From assembly GCA_048499675.1 (NCBI GenBank), contig JASNZL010000003.1:16241-80240 (forward strand): a stretch of DNA of 64,000 nt. Reading direction: 5' to 3'. The position numbers were made by a program, and so were the translations under genes. Origin of the DNA: Candidatus Zambryskiibacteriota bacterium (lineage in GTDB: Bacteria; Patescibacteriota; Minisyncoccia; Phycocordibacterales; WO2-35-19). Positions within the stretch are counted from its first letter, which is position 1. Each line of letters starts with the position of its first letter. Below, one piece after another: positions 19,516 to 28,395 of the stretch. The notes beneath the pieces were generated by a model. The model saw only the letters and a list, made by a program, of their open reading frames with translations, was not told the origin of the DNA and did no database searches.

Positions 19516-20061
19516 GACTGTGGTGGGCTCGGGGACTGATTCAGCCGTGCCCGACCAAATGGCGCCGGTCGGCCCTCCACCGAGTTGGTAAACCTCCATC
19601 ACGAGAGTGTTAGTCCCCTGCTGGAGATACGGCGTGAGAAGGAGGTTCATGAACTCTCCCGGCTCACACGCGATGGGCCCGTCGGCGCAAGCCCCATCCA
19701 TTGTAAAATTGGCCGGCTTGAGGAGCGTGCCGTTGAGCCAGACCGCCATTGTGTCATCGGCCCCGAAGGTGGCCGACCCGCTGTTGACCGCGCTCGGCAG
19801 GAAAAACTGCTGAGTGAATGTCATTGTGGCAGGCCCACTGCTCCAGTTGGGTAGGACAACACCGTTGTAGCCCGTATTTGGATACGCAGAGACCCAACTC
19901 GCCCCAGCGAGCGTATCCCAGGCCGGATGAGGGGTAATGTTGTAAACATTACCCGTGTTCGACGTCGCACTTCCGTCGCCGGAAGCAAACGTCACCGTCG
20001 CGCCAATGGCGGGCATCATACAGACCACCAGAAGCAGAATCATCATCGAAACAACTTTCAT
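19447..20061 (-). CDS. PEP-CTERM sorting-domain protein (likely start MKVVSMM)
   Basis: AAGGAG SD before ATG 20061; signal peptide; ends VPEPTTVALMGLGLLGLGYIRHKRASRRS; GC-rich. Confidence 0.9.
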   Translation of the reverse strand: MKVVSMMILLLVVCMMPAIGATVTFASGDGSATSNTGNVYNITPHPAWDTLAGASWVSAYPNTGYNGVVLPNWSSGPATMTFTQQFFLPSAVNSGSATFGADDTMAVWLNGTLLKPANFTMDGACADGPIACEPGEFMNLLLTPYLQQGTNTLVMEVYQLGGGPTGAIWSGTAESVPEPTTVALMGLGLLGLGYIRHKRASRRS

Positions 20062-20240
20062 TTTATCTCCTTTTCCCCTCCGTTGATCCAAAAGGGAGAT
20101 TTTGTGATTTCTTATAAAACAACAAAATCTCCCCTTTGGATATATAAAAAGAACTGAGATACTTTATAACATAATGTGAAATATTATGCAAGTATACTTA
20201 TAAAAAAGCATAAATTAAATAATTGTGTTTAATCTAGTCA

Positions 20241-20371
20241 ATTTAAAAGAAATCCGCGTGGGAGCCGAAGCTTCCACGCGGAATGGTTTTGCAGAGTAGC
20301 CGTTAGCTCCTGCGGGAGGCACGCTTGTGCCTGATGTAGCCGAGGCCAAGGAGGCCAAGGCCCATGAGGGC
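20241..20371. repeat. 131-bp exact direct repeat, copy 2
   Basis: Identical by eye to 19385-19515. Confidence 0.92.
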
Positions 20372-21010
20372 CATTGTGGCAGGTTCGGGGATCGGCTCTG
20401 TTTGCCTGAAAAGAGCAAATTGATTCCCGTTGGCGAGGGAATCAAATGTTGTATCGGGATTTTGGAGCAATAATCCAAAGTTGCCGTTCGGGCTGAACTC
20501 GGCGAATGCTCCTGGCATCGCCGAACCACCGAAGAGCAAATTGAGTGTGTTTGGCGAGTTTTGTTCAAACCAATACACACTAGTTTGATCGCTCCACGCG
20601 GCGACCTCGAGAAGCAACTGCGATGAGGTGTTGCCATTACTGAAAAGGAGTACTGAGTTGTCGGCCGACGTGCCGACGCCCCAATACTCGAGGTTCGATA
20701 CAGAAATGGCAGGACTGTACGGATTCGCACCGTAGACTCCAGTCCCTGTCATAAAATATCCAATATTCCACCCATCTCCCCCATCAAAACTGGAGTTATT
20801 CCAGTATGGAGTACCGCTCGTGTTAGGCACAACCATTGGTTGCCACGAGCCCGCGCCCACGACGGACAACGATGCTCCAGTCAACGAAAATGCTGAGTCG
20901 TTATAGTCGCGATCACCTCCAGGGAGAGGGATGTCCTCAACCCCAATCCAGATCGTTCCAGCCGAAGCCGAAACAATCAAACAAAAAAACAGAACCATCA
21001 GAAGCTTCAT
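20303..21010 (-). CDS. PEP-CTERM sorting-domain protein (likely start MKLLMV; DUF4114-like EDI..GGDRDYND motif)
   Basis: GGAG SD before ATG 21010; signal peptide; ends IPEPATMALMGLGLLGLGYIRHKRASRRS. Confidence 0.9.
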   Translation of the reverse strand: MKLLMVLFFCLIVSASAGTIWIGVEDIPLPGGDRDYNDSAFSLTGASLSVVGAGSWQPMVVPNTSGTPYWNNSSFDGGDGWNIGYFMTGTGVYGANPYSPAISVSNLEYWGVGTSADNSVLLFSNGNTSSQLLLEVAAWSDQTSVYWFEQNSPNTLNLLFGGSAMPGAFAEFSPNGNFGLLLQNPDTTFDSLANGNQFALFRQTEPIPEPATMALMGLGLLGLGYIRHKRASRRS

Positions 21011-21244
21011 TTTTTTCTCCATTTCTCCTCGGTTCACTAGTGTGTGTGAGGGGAAATTTGGCCACTTGTTGAAAAATGAGCAAATTTCCCCCTCCATCAA
21101 ATATTATAAAAGAGCTGGTTTTTTATTGATATACCATAATTATAATAATTTTGCAAGTATTAAAATCATAAATTTTGCTTGTATTATCCTATATTATTAA
21201 AATATTCGAGTAAATATGTTATATTTCAATCAATGCTCGCTTAG

Positions 21245-21316
21245 TCCCGACAATCTTGTGCAACAAGATGTCGGGATCCCGACTCCAAATTGTTACTCAA
21301 TTGGACGTCGGGACTC
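21245..21316. repeat. Two adjacent REP-like palindromes (TCCCGAC...GTCGGGA)
   Basis: tcccgacaatcttgtgcaacaagatgtcggga and tcccgactccaaattgttactcaattggacgtcggga. Confidence 0.7.
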
Positions 21317-21326
21317 AGTAAATGTA

Positions 21327-21586
21327 ATGCCATATGTATATATATTACAAAATAATAAGGGTAAGTATTACATTGGCAGTACAACAAATATTGATAAGAG
21401 AATAAATCACCACAAAAAAGGTTACAGTATTTCAACTAAAAAATGGGCCATGTGGAATTAGTATTAAAACAAGAATATAATACTTTAAGCGAAGCCAGAA
21501 TTATTGAAATGAAATTGAAAAAACTAAAGAGACATGATTATATTAAGAAAATTGTAGAGAATGGGTACATTAAAATGCGCGCTTAG
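21327..21586 (+). pseudogene. Small GIY-YIG nuclease with a 1-nt frameshift in a poly-A run; restored stop lies inside tRNA-Val
   Basis: MPYVYILQNNKGKYYIGSTTNIDKRINHH; second frame continues ..ELVLKQEY..LSEARIIEMKLKKLK..MRA*. Confidence 0.75.
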
Positions 21587-21650
21587 CTCAGTTGGTTAGA
21601 GCGACTCATTGACGTTGAGTAGGCCGGGGATTCGAATTCCTCAGCGCGCA
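21577..21650 (+). tRNA. tRNA-Val(GAC)
   Basis: Acceptor GCGCGCT/AGCGCGC; anticodon arm ACTCA-TTGACGT-TGAGT; TTCGAAT T-loop. Confidence 0.93.
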
Positions 21651-21741
21651 CACTTCGACTTCTTTTGCAAAACTCGTTCGGTGTAAACAATGAAAGCTTT
21701 ATAAAAAGACAAATGGCTCACGCTTCGCGCGAGCCAAATAA

Positions 21742-22026
21742 TCACTGAAAATCACCACGACTTCTGTCGCGAGAATTTTGTGAGATTGTTCCCTTCTTGG
21801 GTTTGCCCAGAGTACTTCCTGCCCCCATGCCCGACCTGCCAATTTCTTGGCGTTGCGGTGGGCAAAAAAGAATGTTCCCAGTGGATATGGCGACATACTT
21901 TACACCGTCAATTATTCTGACCGTTTTTTGACCGTCAGTTGCAACGATTTGTTGCCTCTGAGGTCCGGGTTGGTTTAATAAATTAATACCGTTCCCAACA
22001 GATCGGTTGCCTTTTTTATCGGACAT
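21742..22026 (-). CDS. Orphan small protein cassette
   Basis: GAGGAG SD; GC-richer; hairpin GGCTC..GAGCC at ~21715-21735 downstream. Confidence 0.55.
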   Translation of the reverse strand: MSDKKGNRSVGNGINLLNQPGPQRQQIVATDGQKTVRIIDGVKYVAISTGNILFCPPQRQEIGRSGMGAGSTLGKPKKGTISQNSRDRSRGDFQ

Positions 22027-22120
22027 ACTACTCCTCTCTAATTAAAAGTCTTATAAAATTATTAATCATATACTAAATATTACAATCATTATTACAAATG
22101 TATTTTTATTTTAGGATAAT

Positions 22121-22951
22121 CTAATACCAACAAACATCCACTTCTTCACCTATCAAATTCTCGATGTATTTAATCCCACTTCGCATATCACCTATTTCAT
22201 CTACGAGCCCCAGCTCAAGCGCATCTCTCCCTACGAAGGTAAGACCGTTTGCAATTTTCTGCACATCCAGAATTTCTAAATTCCTATTTTCTGCAACTTC
22301 TCTCACAAAAATATTATGTATTTTTTCTAGGTCGGAAATGATTATATCCCTTTCTTCTTTTGATATAACTCTATTAGGATCACCGAGATCTTTGTATTTT
22401 GCAGAATTTAGTTCAATATATTTCAATCCCTCATCCTCATTTTTTTGTGATTCATCCAAATATGAAGCAGTAACACCAATACTACCAACATCTGAAATAT
22501 TAGAAGCAAAAATTCTTTGAGCTCCTGTACTTGCCCAGTATGCCGATGATGCTCCAATACTTCTTATAATCGCAACATTTGGCTTAGTGACACTTTTTAG
22601 AGCATTTGAAATTTCTTGTCCAGCGACACCGTCACCGCCAGAAGAATCAACCACAAGCATTACTGCTTTTATATCAGGATCTTTTTGTGCTTCCATAAGA
22701 CCATAAACAATATCTTCTGAGGAAGTTAACTCGAATTCTTCTCTAAGTTTGTCATTAGAATAAGTACTCAAATATCCTTGTATTGAAAAAGCAAGAACAT
22801 TGCAGTCAGAATTGTTGTCTGAGTCGGAAAATAAATTCTCACCAAATCCACCATAGATAGCATAAAAATATCCTAATCCGAAAACAACTAGCAAAGTAAT
22901 TAGCAAAAGAAGAACTTTTTTTATTCTTTTAAAAATTACTTCTTTCTCCAT
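22121..22951 (-). CDS. sppA: Signal peptide peptidase SppA (S49), start at MEKEVIF
   Basis: VDSSGG, GASSAYWAST, VGSIGV, ALELGLVDEIG motifs. Confidence 0.88.
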   Translation of the reverse strand: MEKEVIFKRIKKVLLLLITLLVVFGLGYFYAIYGGFGENLFSDSDNNSDCNVLAFSIQGYLSTYSNDKLREEFELTSSEDIVYGLMEAQKDPDIKAVMLVVDSSGGDGVAGQEISNALKSVTKPNVAIIRSIGASSAYWASTGAQRIFASNISDVGSIGVTASYLDESQKNEDEGLKYIELNSAKYKDLGDPNRVISKEERDIIISDLEKIHNIFVREVAENRNLEILDVQKIANGLTFVGRDALELGLVDEIGDMRSGIKYIENLIGEEVDVCWY

Positions 22952-22973
22952 ATGTTTATTGTACTCCGATTTT

Positions 22974-23465
22974 CTATTGCTCCAAATAACTATCAAAGTA
23001 AATCGCGTGGCAAGTGTAGCCATTGGGATTCTTTTGCAAATAGTCCTGATGATATTCTTCAGCTGGCCAAAACTTTGTAAACGGCTCAAGAGTTGTGACG
23101 ACCGGCGCATCCCACCTTTTTGAATCGTTCACTATTTTTATAAAATCTTTAGCCTGTTTCAGTTCTTCTTTATCTTGGTAAAAAATAGCACTCCTATAAG
23201 ACTCGCCTATATCATTCCCCTGTTGATTTAGGGTGGTTGGAATATGAACTTGAAAAAAGAAATCCAATATCTTCCAAAAGCTCGTCACCTCTGTGTCGTA
23301 TTCTATTTCTAGAGCTTCGGCATGTTTGGGATGATTTTCATAAGTTGGGTTGTCATTTTCGCCACCAGTATATCCAGCAGTAGTATTCAAAATACCGGAC
23401 TGTTTTCTAAACAACTCTTCAAGTCCCCAAAAGCACCCTCCCGCTAAATACGATTTTTTAATCAT
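22974..23465 (-). CDS. msrA: Peptide methionine (S)-sulfoxide reductase
   Basis: [15 protein letters not shown]. Confidence 0.95.
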   Translation of the reverse strand: MIKKSYLAGGCFWGLEELFRKQSGILNTTAGYTGGENDNPTYENHPKHAEALEIEYDTEVTSFWKILDFFFQVHIPTTLNQQGNDIGESYRSAIFYQDKEELKQAKDFIKIVNDSKRWDAPVVTTLEPFTKFWPAEEYHQDYLQKNPNGYTCHAIYFDSYLEQ

Positions 23466-23856
23466 TTTTCTTTTGCCCGTCCGTAGCTTTTTGCATAGGA
23501 GGGTGAATAAATTTTAATGAAATCGAATTCACACAATGTCTTATATTTTTGTCTGTCATATTTTCTCCCTCAAATAAATGCCCCAAGTGACCACCACAAC
23601 GAGCACAAGTTATCTCTGTCCGTATTCCATCAGCGTCCTGTGTGTGTTTGACTGCTCCCTCTATCTCATCATCAAAACTCGGCCAACCACAATCACTCTC
23701 AAATTTATCTTTCGAATTATACAAAGGTGCATCACACTGCCGACACACATATACACCATGAGAAGTATTATTAACATACTCACCCACAAAAGGCGCTTCA
23801 GTCCCCTTATCAATTATCACCCTCTTCTCCTCTTCTGTTAGTTTATTCAATTCCAT
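23458..23856 (-). CDS. msrB: Peptide methionine (R)-sulfoxide reductase
   Basis: GTEAPF, CGWPSF, HLGHLF, RHCVNS. Confidence 0.95.
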   Translation of the reverse strand: MELNKLTEEEKRVIIDKGTEAPFVGEYVNNTSHGVYVCRQCDAPLYNSKDKFESDCGWPSFDDEIEGAVKHTQDADGIRTEITCARCGGHLGHLFEGENMTDKNIRHCVNSISLKFIHPPMQKATDGQKKND

Positions 23857-23951
23857 AAAATAATTATAGCATCTCTGCCTTTAGCTCCAACATCTTAGAT
23901 TTAAGCTTTTATTTTTTACCTCCAACCTCCAAGCTTTTATCTCCGTTCCCT

Positions 23952-24172
23952 AATTCGTGTCATTAGTGGGTTACTTTTTAATTTAGAATTTTTAATTTAA
24001 AACTCTATCGTTACTCGTAACTCGTACTTCGTATATCCTTTCTTATTCGTGTAATAAATTGAGTGATTAGTAGGTTTTACTTTCTAACTTGCGCCTTTAT
24101 GAACTTTTTAACTAATCCCCCTCGTATCTCGTACTTCGTAACTCGTACCTCGTTTTCAAAATTGGTGTCGCG
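23952..24172 (-). repeat. 221-bp dispersed non-coding element, copy A
   Basis: Reverse complement of 46799-47019 with one mismatch by eye; built from TACGAG/TACGAAG and AAATT heptamers. Confidence 0.9.
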
Positions 24173-24197
24173 CCCACTTTACAAACCCTCAAAACTA

Positions 24198-24226
24198 TTG
24201 ACAAATAACGTATAATTTGCTACAAT
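24198..24226 (+). promoter_or_regulatory. sigma70 promoter of the cassette array
   Basis: TTGACA-17-TACAAT with extended -10 TG. Confidence 0.75.
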
Positions 24227-24360
24227 GTTTTTATCGACATTGCCTTGTGCTTGTCGGGTCGCTCGTGCGCTCTTTCTCGGAGTCATATTGCATAGAATTG
24301 GAATTTTCCGGTTTTGCAATCCATGTCGGGAGCGAGAACTTTCTACGAAAGGAAAGAAAA

Positions 24361-24813
24361 ATGAGAACGAATGATGAGTACATTGTTAACTTGGTGAAGC
24401 AAGTCGTCGGCAACTCGACGATCTCCGGATTTAAAAGTCTGAGGACCCTCCAACCGGACGCTTGGTTCCTTTTCCTGTACCACAGGATCAAAGCCAAAGT
24501 CTTGAAAATGAACGATGAGACTTTGGGAAGAATCTGTGGTTATGGGCACAACAAAAACTTCAGTGAACCGATTAATTCCTCAGTCGGGTTCATTTTCAAG
24601 ACTGGCATCGAGGAAGTACAATCGCACCCTCTGGATCTCAACCTTTCTGGTCGTGAGCTCCTCGAGGAGATCGCGATCAGGACGATTGTAGCGGTCACCT
24701 GCGACATCGTCATACAGGAAGCGTACGAAGAAATTCGCCGCACCGAGCAGGGGAATGAATACCAGTTTGATAGCGTCATGGCCAAATACCTGCATTCTGG
24801 CCGCCGGTTGTAG
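24361..24813 (+). CDS. Orphan protein, array gene 1 (150 aa, start MRTNDEY)
   Basis: AAAGGA SD; GC-richer codons; followed by a hairpin. Confidence 0.7.
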   Translation: MRTNDEYIVNLVKQVVGNSTISGFKSLRTLQPDAWFLFLYHRIKAKVLKMNDETLGRICGYGHNKNFSEPINSSVGFIFKTGIEEVQSHPLDLNLSGRELLEEIAIRTIVAVTCDIVIQEAYEEIRRTEQGNEYQFDSVMAKYLHSGRRL

Positions 24814-24849
24814 AAGTTCTTTCAATATTGGGCCAACACTTGATTGGCC

Positions 24850-24891
24850 CTTCCACCAGATAAAATTTGAAAAAGTTTTATGCGGTGGGAG
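24850..24891 (+). repeat. 42-bp intergenic repeat, copy 1
   Basis: CTTCCACCAGATAAAATTTGAAAAAGTTTTATGCGGTGGGAG, identical to 25493-25534. Confidence 0.92.
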
Positions 24892-24985
24892 GAAACTTCC
24901 AAATCCGGCCAGTGCGCAGGCCTTTAAAACATTTGCCACTTTTTCCGAATGTTGCAAACTCGGAATCAAAAGAAAGGAACCCCTC

Positions 24986-25456
24986 ATGATTGAGAATCTG
25001 TTCCATGCAAAGATTGTTCTTTCAAACGAGGAGTGTCAGACTCTCTCCTCAATTCACCCGATGTATAAATTGCCAAAAGAGATCGGGGTAATCACTTTCC
25101 TTGGTGTCGAGGAAGGAGAATACTATAGTTTTAACACCGTACATCTGCTGATTCGTTTTGATTCATTTGCCAAGCAAGAGAAGGCAATGATGGAAGAGGT
25201 CATCACCCGCGTATTCGGAAAAGGTCGTGGGGAGATGCTTAACAACAACAGCGAACAGCGGGAGTACTCCTACAATGCGATCATCAAAATGTCGCTAAAA
25301 TACCCCCTCCGAAACCCGAAAAAGTTAATCAAGAAGAGGGCGGGAATGTTCGCAAAAGAAATCCTGAAATGGCGACAAGAACAGATTCGTCGTCACAAGA
25401 AGGAAGAGGAACAGGACTGGCAAGAGATGAGGCGTGACATGCCCGAATGGGTATAA
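24986..25456 (+). CDS. Orphan protein, array gene 2 (156 aa, start MIENLF)
   Basis: AAAGGA SD; followed by GCAGGAGAG/CTCTCCTGC hairpin. Confidence 0.7.
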   Translation: MIENLFHAKIVLSNEECQTLSSIHPMYKLPKEIGVITFLGVEEGEYYSFNTVHLLIRFDSFAKQEKAMMEEVITRVFGKGRGEMLNNNSEQREYSYNAIIKMSLKYPLRNPKKLIKKRAGMFAKEILKWRQEQIRRHKKEEEQDWQEMRRDMPEWV

Positions 25457-25492
25457 ACGGCGATGAGCCTAGCAGGAGAGTTTACTCTCCTG

Positions 25493-25534
25493 CTTCCACC
25501 AGATAAAATTTGAAAAAGTTTTATGCGGTGGGAG
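25493..25534 (+). repeat. 42-bp intergenic repeat, copy 2
   Basis: Identical to 24850-24891. Confidence 0.92.
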
Positions 25535-25585
25535 TAGTCCCAAAATCCCTCCGTCAAGAGACGGAGGTTAAAAAAGGAGTTCTTT

Positions 25586-25912
25586 GTGAAAAAGTTGCGA
25601 GAATTTTTTCAAGCAATAAGCCAATGGACTCAGTTGGTTGGCTTGATTGTGTACATCGTGATTATGTTTGCCTTGATTCTGAAGATTTTGGAACCGATGT
25701 CTTCGGCCATCACCTTCATGATTGCGGCCATACTCACGATTCACACTTTCGATCGTAAGCTTCTGACCATCGGGGCGTTCGTGGGAATCTTTCTCTACAT
25801 CTTGTCCTGGCCAATCACCGGCGAGTACGGGTTGTACTTCGGACTCTCCGTCTGGGCCACTGGGTTCTTCCTTTGGTTTTGGGCGGTTTGCCAATCGTTC
25901 AAACCAATCTGA
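25586..25912 (+). CDS. Orphan membrane protein (about 4 TM), array gene 3
   Basis: AAGGAG SD, GTG start, hydrophobic segments. Confidence 0.7.
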   Translation: MKKLREFFQAISQWTQLVGLIVYIVIMFALILKILEPMSSAITFMIAAILTIHTFDRKLLTIGAFVGIFLYILSWPITGEYGLYFGLSVWATGFFLWFWAVCQSFKPI

Positions 25913-25920
25913 AGGAGAAT

Positions 25921-26151
25921 ATGATGACAGGGATCCATTTTTTTCATGGTGATTACGGACGAGGCGGTAAAGACGGCTTCGTCCATGTTGTAGACAAATG
26001 GTGTGTGCAAACTCCGCAAGGAAAAAAACACATCACCAAAGAAAAGACTGATAGAAGAGATTACAGGATGACCGATTGCGACGGCTCCTGCGAACCGAAG
26101 CAGGAAGCGTTACCGGTCGACATCGCCAACATCGCGAGCACGGTTAAGTAG
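25921..26151 (+). CDS. Small orphan protein, array gene 4 (76 aa)
   Basis: AAGGAG SD overlapping the previous stop; terminator follows. Confidence 0.6.
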   Translation: MMTGIHFFHGDYGRGGKDGFVHVVDKWCVQTPQGKKHITKEKTDRRDYRMTDCDGSCEPKQEALPVDIANIASTVK

Positions 26152-26187
26152 TCGCGTGGTGCGCCGATAATCAAGCGTGTATACAAA

Positions 26188-26228
26188 CCGCCCCTGAGAG
26201 CCGTTGCTCCCCGGGCGGCTCTTTTTTA
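26188..26228 (+). terminator. Terminator closing the array
   Basis: CCGCCC..GAG/CTC..GGGCGG followed by T-tract. Confidence 0.7.
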
Positions 26229-26503
26229 TAACAATCTCCTCTTTACCAAGCTTCTAGCTTCCAGCTTATTGCTCTTCGCCCCCTGTCTTATTTAGAATAA
26301 TTACTTGTCCCCGCGTAGTTTTAACGAAGTGGGAGGTCAATTAGTGCAATTAGTATAATTCTGTTATCTTACCTCCAACCTTCTTTCTCCTAGTTTCCAA
26401 CTTCTTTTTTTAGGTCAATTAGAGAAATTAGAACAATTAGGTTAATTTCCTTCTTTTATATTATCTTATCTCTAAGCTTCAAGCTTTAAGCTCTTCGCTT
26501 CCA

Positions 26504-26827
26504 CTAAATCAATTTAAAATCAATCATTTTTACAATGGTATCAGGATTAACTTTCTCTCCATAGTATCTTCGATATGTCTCATACATTTTCTCCTCACTT
26601 TCATATTTTTCGTGCCCTTCAAAATCACCGTCTTGTAGATCTTTGAGTTTTTTCTCTCTGACTTTGGTTATCAGCGCTTTAGCAAATTGCTCCTCCGTAT
26701 CCTTATTAACCAAAACGAGTTCATCACCCACGCACAAATCTTTATCGTCAAACAATCTCCATGTTGAAGTCTTTTCCCCATCAAGAACCATCGAAACCAA
26801 ATGTGGCATAAATTTTAATGTTTTCAT
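26504..26827 (-). CDS. ASCH domain protein
   Basis: VLDGEKTSTWRLFDDKDLCVGDEL; ASCH GxKxxxxR motif. Confidence 0.85.
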   Translation of the reverse strand: MKTLKFMPHLVSMVLDGEKTSTWRLFDDKDLCVGDELVLVNKDTEEQFAKALITKVREKKLKDLQDGDFEGHEKYESEEKMYETYRRYYGEKVNPDTIVKMIDFKLI

Positions 26828-26848
26828 ACGTTTATTCTCAAATCAATC

Positions 26849-27346
26849 TCAAAAAAATCCAAACTTTTTGTAATTCTCTATAAGTTCAAGGGCTGTTTCG
26901 TAATCAATATCTCCCTCTTTTGATTGCGCCCATTCTTCAGCTTCTTCTATACTATCATGAGCAAGCAAAAACATTGTCCGAGTCAAAATATTTGGATTGT
27001 TGCCTTGATATTCCAAAGCTTTTTGCGAATACTCCTTCATTTTTTCCTTATCTTTTTTCCAATTTGCGCAACTTATCGCATGATGATACCAAAACCAAAG
27101 AATATCATCTCTCCATTCCCTTTCATCCTCTGTTAATTCAGGTTCATTCACATTTTCCAAAATATACTTTACTTTATTTTGAATTTGGTCAGGATTATCA
27201 TAATCCCACTCCTCTGTGACAAATAATTTGTTTTCTTGTTCTGAATATAAATTAGACAACTCTAAAGGGGTAGTCGCGCCCATCAAATCATAAGCCTCCC
27301 TCATAGGACTTTTTTCTTTATCAAACTTTTGCGGTTCTGATTCCAT
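26849..27346 (-). CDS. Hypothetical helical-repeat protein
   Basis: Clean ORF co-oriented with neighbours. Confidence 0.65.
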   Translation of the reverse strand: MESEPQKFDKEKSPMREAYDLMGATTPLELSNLYSEQENKLFVTEEWDYDNPDQIQNKVKYILENVNEPELTEDEREWRDDILWFWYHHAISCANWKKDKEKMKEYSQKALEYQGNNPNILTRTMFLLAHDSIEEAEEWAQSKEGDIDYETALELIENYKKFGFF

Positions 27347-27397
27347 GTGTTTATTTGTAGTGATTTATTATGAGCCGTGTCAAATAAGTTTATCGAA

Positions 27398-28087
27398 CTA
27401 TTTTAATCTTTGTTCCCGTACCTTGTCTAGCTTCTCTTTATCAATTTTTGTTCTTTCCCAATCAGTAGGTATTACATTTAATACTTTCTTATTTGGAATA
27501 TCTACATCAAAAACCATATCTTTCATTTTCCAATTCCTCCGCAAACCAATCTGCTCATATTTTTGTTGTATTTCATTTACAATTTCTTGAGCTTGCTTGA
27601 GTAAATCTTGTTTATCTGATTCGGTGAGATTTGCCTCATGTATAGGTCTCATTCCATCATTCGTCCAGCGAATACCTAGAATCTTTTGCATAACTATAAG
27701 ATGTTCGTTATTTCGTTTTATTTTTGCTACAGGAATAGGGGCTGGTAAACCAAATTCTCTAGCAATTTCCATTATTGAATATTCATAAAACGGATCACCA
27801 GATTTTCCAACTTGAGATTTTTCAGTGTTTACTTTCTTGCCCACAGTCTGCAATTCTAATCCTTCTGAGTTGCGCCAGACAGGCAGATCTTTGGTACAAG
27901 TCGGGTCTTCTTTTACTACACCTTGCTCATCATATTGAATTTCTCCAGACTTAATATTTCTTCCTTCTCTTTCAAAATATCCAAAAGGATCAGATTTAAA
28001 TTCTTCCGGCACAAAAGCTTCAAAATCTTTCTCAATTTTTATCTCTGCAATTGGAATATTTTCAATCCGATTTGGTTGCTCTTCCAT
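27398..28087 (-). CDS. Hypothetical protein, atypical kinase-like fold possible
   Basis: GLPAPIPVA, LIVMQKILG, KMKDMVFD, PTDWE resemble Kdo/RIO-type kinase motifs with a degenerate catalytic loop. Confidence 0.55.
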   Translation of the reverse strand: MEEQPNRIENIPIAEIKIEKDFEAFVPEEFKSDPFGYFEREGRNIKSGEIQYDEQGVVKEDPTCTKDLPVWRNSEGLELQTVGKKVNTEKSQVGKSGDPFYEYSIMEIAREFGLPAPIPVAKIKRNNEHLIVMQKILGIRWTNDGMRPIHEANLTESDKQDLLKQAQEIVNEIQQKYEQIGLRRNWKMKDMVFDVDIPNKKVLNVIPTDWERTKIDKEKLDKVREQRLK

Positions 28088-28091
28088 AGGT

Positions 28092-28391
28092 TTATTTTAA
28101 TTTAATTATCTTTTTGACCACCGAATCAACAAACAATCTAAAAGCTGGTCTCTTTTCTTTTTCATAAACAATTTTTACACCCAGTATATGTCCTTTTGGA
28201 CAAGCAAGGTATTTAGGTGTTGCTACAGGCACTTTAGGATCTGATATTCTATCCAAATACATTCTACGAAGAATCCCCGGACCATCTTTTTGATAGTGAC
28301 AAACTAAAGATTCACACTTCTCGCAAAAAATTCTCAACATACGACTATACCCTCCCCGCACCTTCTTATATTTATCATTCTTAAATTTCAT
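28092..28391 (-). CDS. Conserved hypothetical Zn-binding protein
   Basis: CEKC...YQKDGPGILRRMYLDRI...CPKGH. Confidence 0.65.
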   Translation of the reverse strand: MKFKNDKYKKVRGGYSRMLRIFCEKCESLVCHYQKDGPGILRRMYLDRISDPKVPVATPKYLACPKGHILGVKIVYEKEKRPAFRLFVDSVVKKIIKLK

Positions 28392-28395
28392 AGGT

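Noticed and set aside
19383-20730. ORFs 19383..19580 and 20215..20730 sharing an identical peptide
   Set aside because: Alternative-frame read-through of the 131-bp repeat; the PEP-CTERM frames are the real genes
22952-23110. N-terminal extension of SppA in the ORF track
   Set aside because: Overlaps msrA; likely true start is ATG at 22951
24850-25534. CRISPR array or classical integron attC sites
   Set aside because: Only two repeats 643 bp apart with a gene between; no cas or intI genes; no RYYYAAC/GTTRRRY ends
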